23,301 bases of DNA, from positions 248,001-271,301 of the forward strand of contig JALDZS010000007.1 in NCBI GenBank assembly GCA_022813965.1, read 5' to 3'. This DNA comes from Toensbergia leucococca (lineage: Eukaryota). Position numbers and translations under genes: made by a program. Positions 21,755-23,301 of the stretch are shown in pieces (the first letter of the stretch is position 1; each line of letters begins with the position of its first letter). Under the pieces are notes generated by a model. The model was given only the letters and a program-made list of their open reading frames with translations, had not been told where the DNA came from and did not search any database.

Positions 21755-23301
21755 ATGTCAGACCATTCAGGAAGACCCTTAGGGCAGTTCGTTAATTTGA
21801 GACGGGGGGAACAGGACATAACACATCGTCTGGAGGATTTACACATGAAGCCGTCGTTGTCTTATCCGTTAGAAGGCGCACCTTATCAGGAGCGGTATGA
21901 GTCGCCACCAAAACAACCTCAGCATCCTCAATATCCTTCCATTCTCAATCCCTCAACACAATAAGTCTCACCTCAACAAGAGCAATGGAAGATACGAGAA
22001 TCTCTTCTTGAGGGCCTGCAACCTCTCCCGTCCCCTCCTCCTAATGCATCACTGGAGCATTGAGTATCTCATCTATTTGCTGTAAATGAGTATAGGAATG
22101 AGGAAGCAATAGCTGGACTCAAGCGTGTTCAGGAGAATGAGATAAATTCTGAAAAACGCCTTGAGGAGTTCTATTGTCAGCTGAATGATCGGATGATTTA
22201 GCTAGAGGCTCACAAAGAGGAGACCATTAGACGCTTCATCGGAATGGATAGGAAATTGGATGCTCTGCAGGATACCATCCATAATAACAAGTCTTCCATA
22301 AAAGTCACACTCACGACTATTTTGAATCGTCTTAACAACCTCACTTCTTTACCTATTCAGAAAGAAACAACGCGACCTGGCGATTGCACTAAATATCCTT
22401 TGGTGGAACAAGGCCATTTTCTAGCAAATACAGGTTATGATCCACCTCTACCTTTACCTCCTGTCGTTCCGCCGTCCCTTCAAGGATTCAGGGCATCTGA
22501 TATTGGGTATTTTCACCCAGGGCTGGAGGTATCCAAGGAATATCCAGCAGGTGACATCGTCAACGTTGGTAAGGATCTTTACTATCGTGACGTACTCCTC
22601 TTTGTTCAGCAAGTGAAGCACGTCGCTAGTATCAAAAAGATAGAGAATTTAAGTCTATGCCTCCAAGGATCAGCCATGCAGTGGTTCGCTAGTCTAGATT
22701 CTAACACTCAGAGTTCCATGAACAGAGAGCACGTCATCTTTACTAACAAACTTACTATCAAGTACAGACTTTCTCCTGCATTAGCTTTGAATAAGATGCA
22801 TCAACAACACTACACCATGAAAGATGCACAAAATCTCCGCCCTGCAGATGAGTATATTCAGGCCATGCTCAGGTATGAAAGAGCTGCTGGCATGATCGGT
22901 AATGGAATTCTTGTTCAGGCATGGCAAAACCTTCACTGGGAGCTACAGCGTGATGTTTTCTGTCCTACAGAGAATACAACTCCTGATGACCTAGTAGCCC
23001 GAATAGATCAAGTCGCTCAGGTTTAGAACAACCTTGCAACTTCCTCTGATGACTCTGAAGCAGCCTTCCAGCGAGGTGTTAAGGTTGGCAAGCGTCGCCA
23101 GCAAGAGCAAGGAAATTAAGGCAGAGGAAATCAAAGAAACCGAACGACTTATTATCCTCCAAATAAGGCCCTATCTTCTGCATCCAAATCTACCTACAAC
23201 TCCGGTCATTCCGCGGCCCCACCACTGAAGCAAATTACTCAGGGCGCGGCCTACCATGCTGATGCGCTAGAGTCTCATCAGACTCCTAGTTTCACTGAGG
23301 A
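21755..23301 (+). pseudogene. Gag-like ORF with five in-frame stops
   Basis: One frame from ATG 21755 to the window end with stops at 21962 (TAA), 22061 (TGA), 22199 (TAG), 23024 (TAG), 23117 (TAA). Coiled-coil-like N-part, then FRASDIGYFHP...GKDLYYRDVLLFVQQV...LCLQGSAMQWF...ALNKM...YTMKDA...AWQNLHWELQRDV, resembling fungal retrotransposon capsid proteins. Confidence 0.8.

Larger units (their letters stand above)
21376..23301 (+). mobile_element. LTR retrotransposon, 5' part (probably Ty3/gypsy): LTR, PBS, leader and gag; truncated by the window end
   Basis: GC content returns sharply at TGTCACGG (21376); CCCTTACA (21521-21528) is its imperfect inverted partner; AT then TGGTAGC PBS; long gag-like frame follows. 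No pol in the window, so the superfamily is not directly confirmed. Confidence 0.82.

Overview
Eukaryotic DNA from a filamentous ascomycete (Pezizomycotina-type genes, 45-130 nt introns with CTRAY branch sites). Positions 1-19.9 kb are a dense block of 11 spliced genes: POM152 (5' part), a UCH37/BAP1-family deubiquitinase, an uncharacterised protein, an F-box/transglutaminase-like/YccV protein, JJJ1-type J-protein, SQS1 (R3H + G-patch, with a chromodomain-like segment), ATG4, histones H2B and H2A, complex I subunit NDUFB9 and KGD2. Ten of the 11 form five head-to-head pairs. About 80 bp after the KGD2 stop the sequence turns into transposon DNA: a TA-flanked ~123-bp fold-back element, ~1.25 kb of very AT-rich RIP-like decayed sequence, and a younger LTR retrotransposon (153-bp TG..CA LTR, tRNA-type PBS, gag with five transition-type stops and no frameshift) that runs off the window. 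I found no clearly new multi-gene system. The best leads are a candidate spliced microprotein between JJJ1 and SQS1, the G:U-biased hairpin after KGD2, the SQS1 chromo-like module, the BAP1-like UCH and the nested retroelements. Exon boundaries were read by hand and family assignments rest on motif recognition, not database searches.
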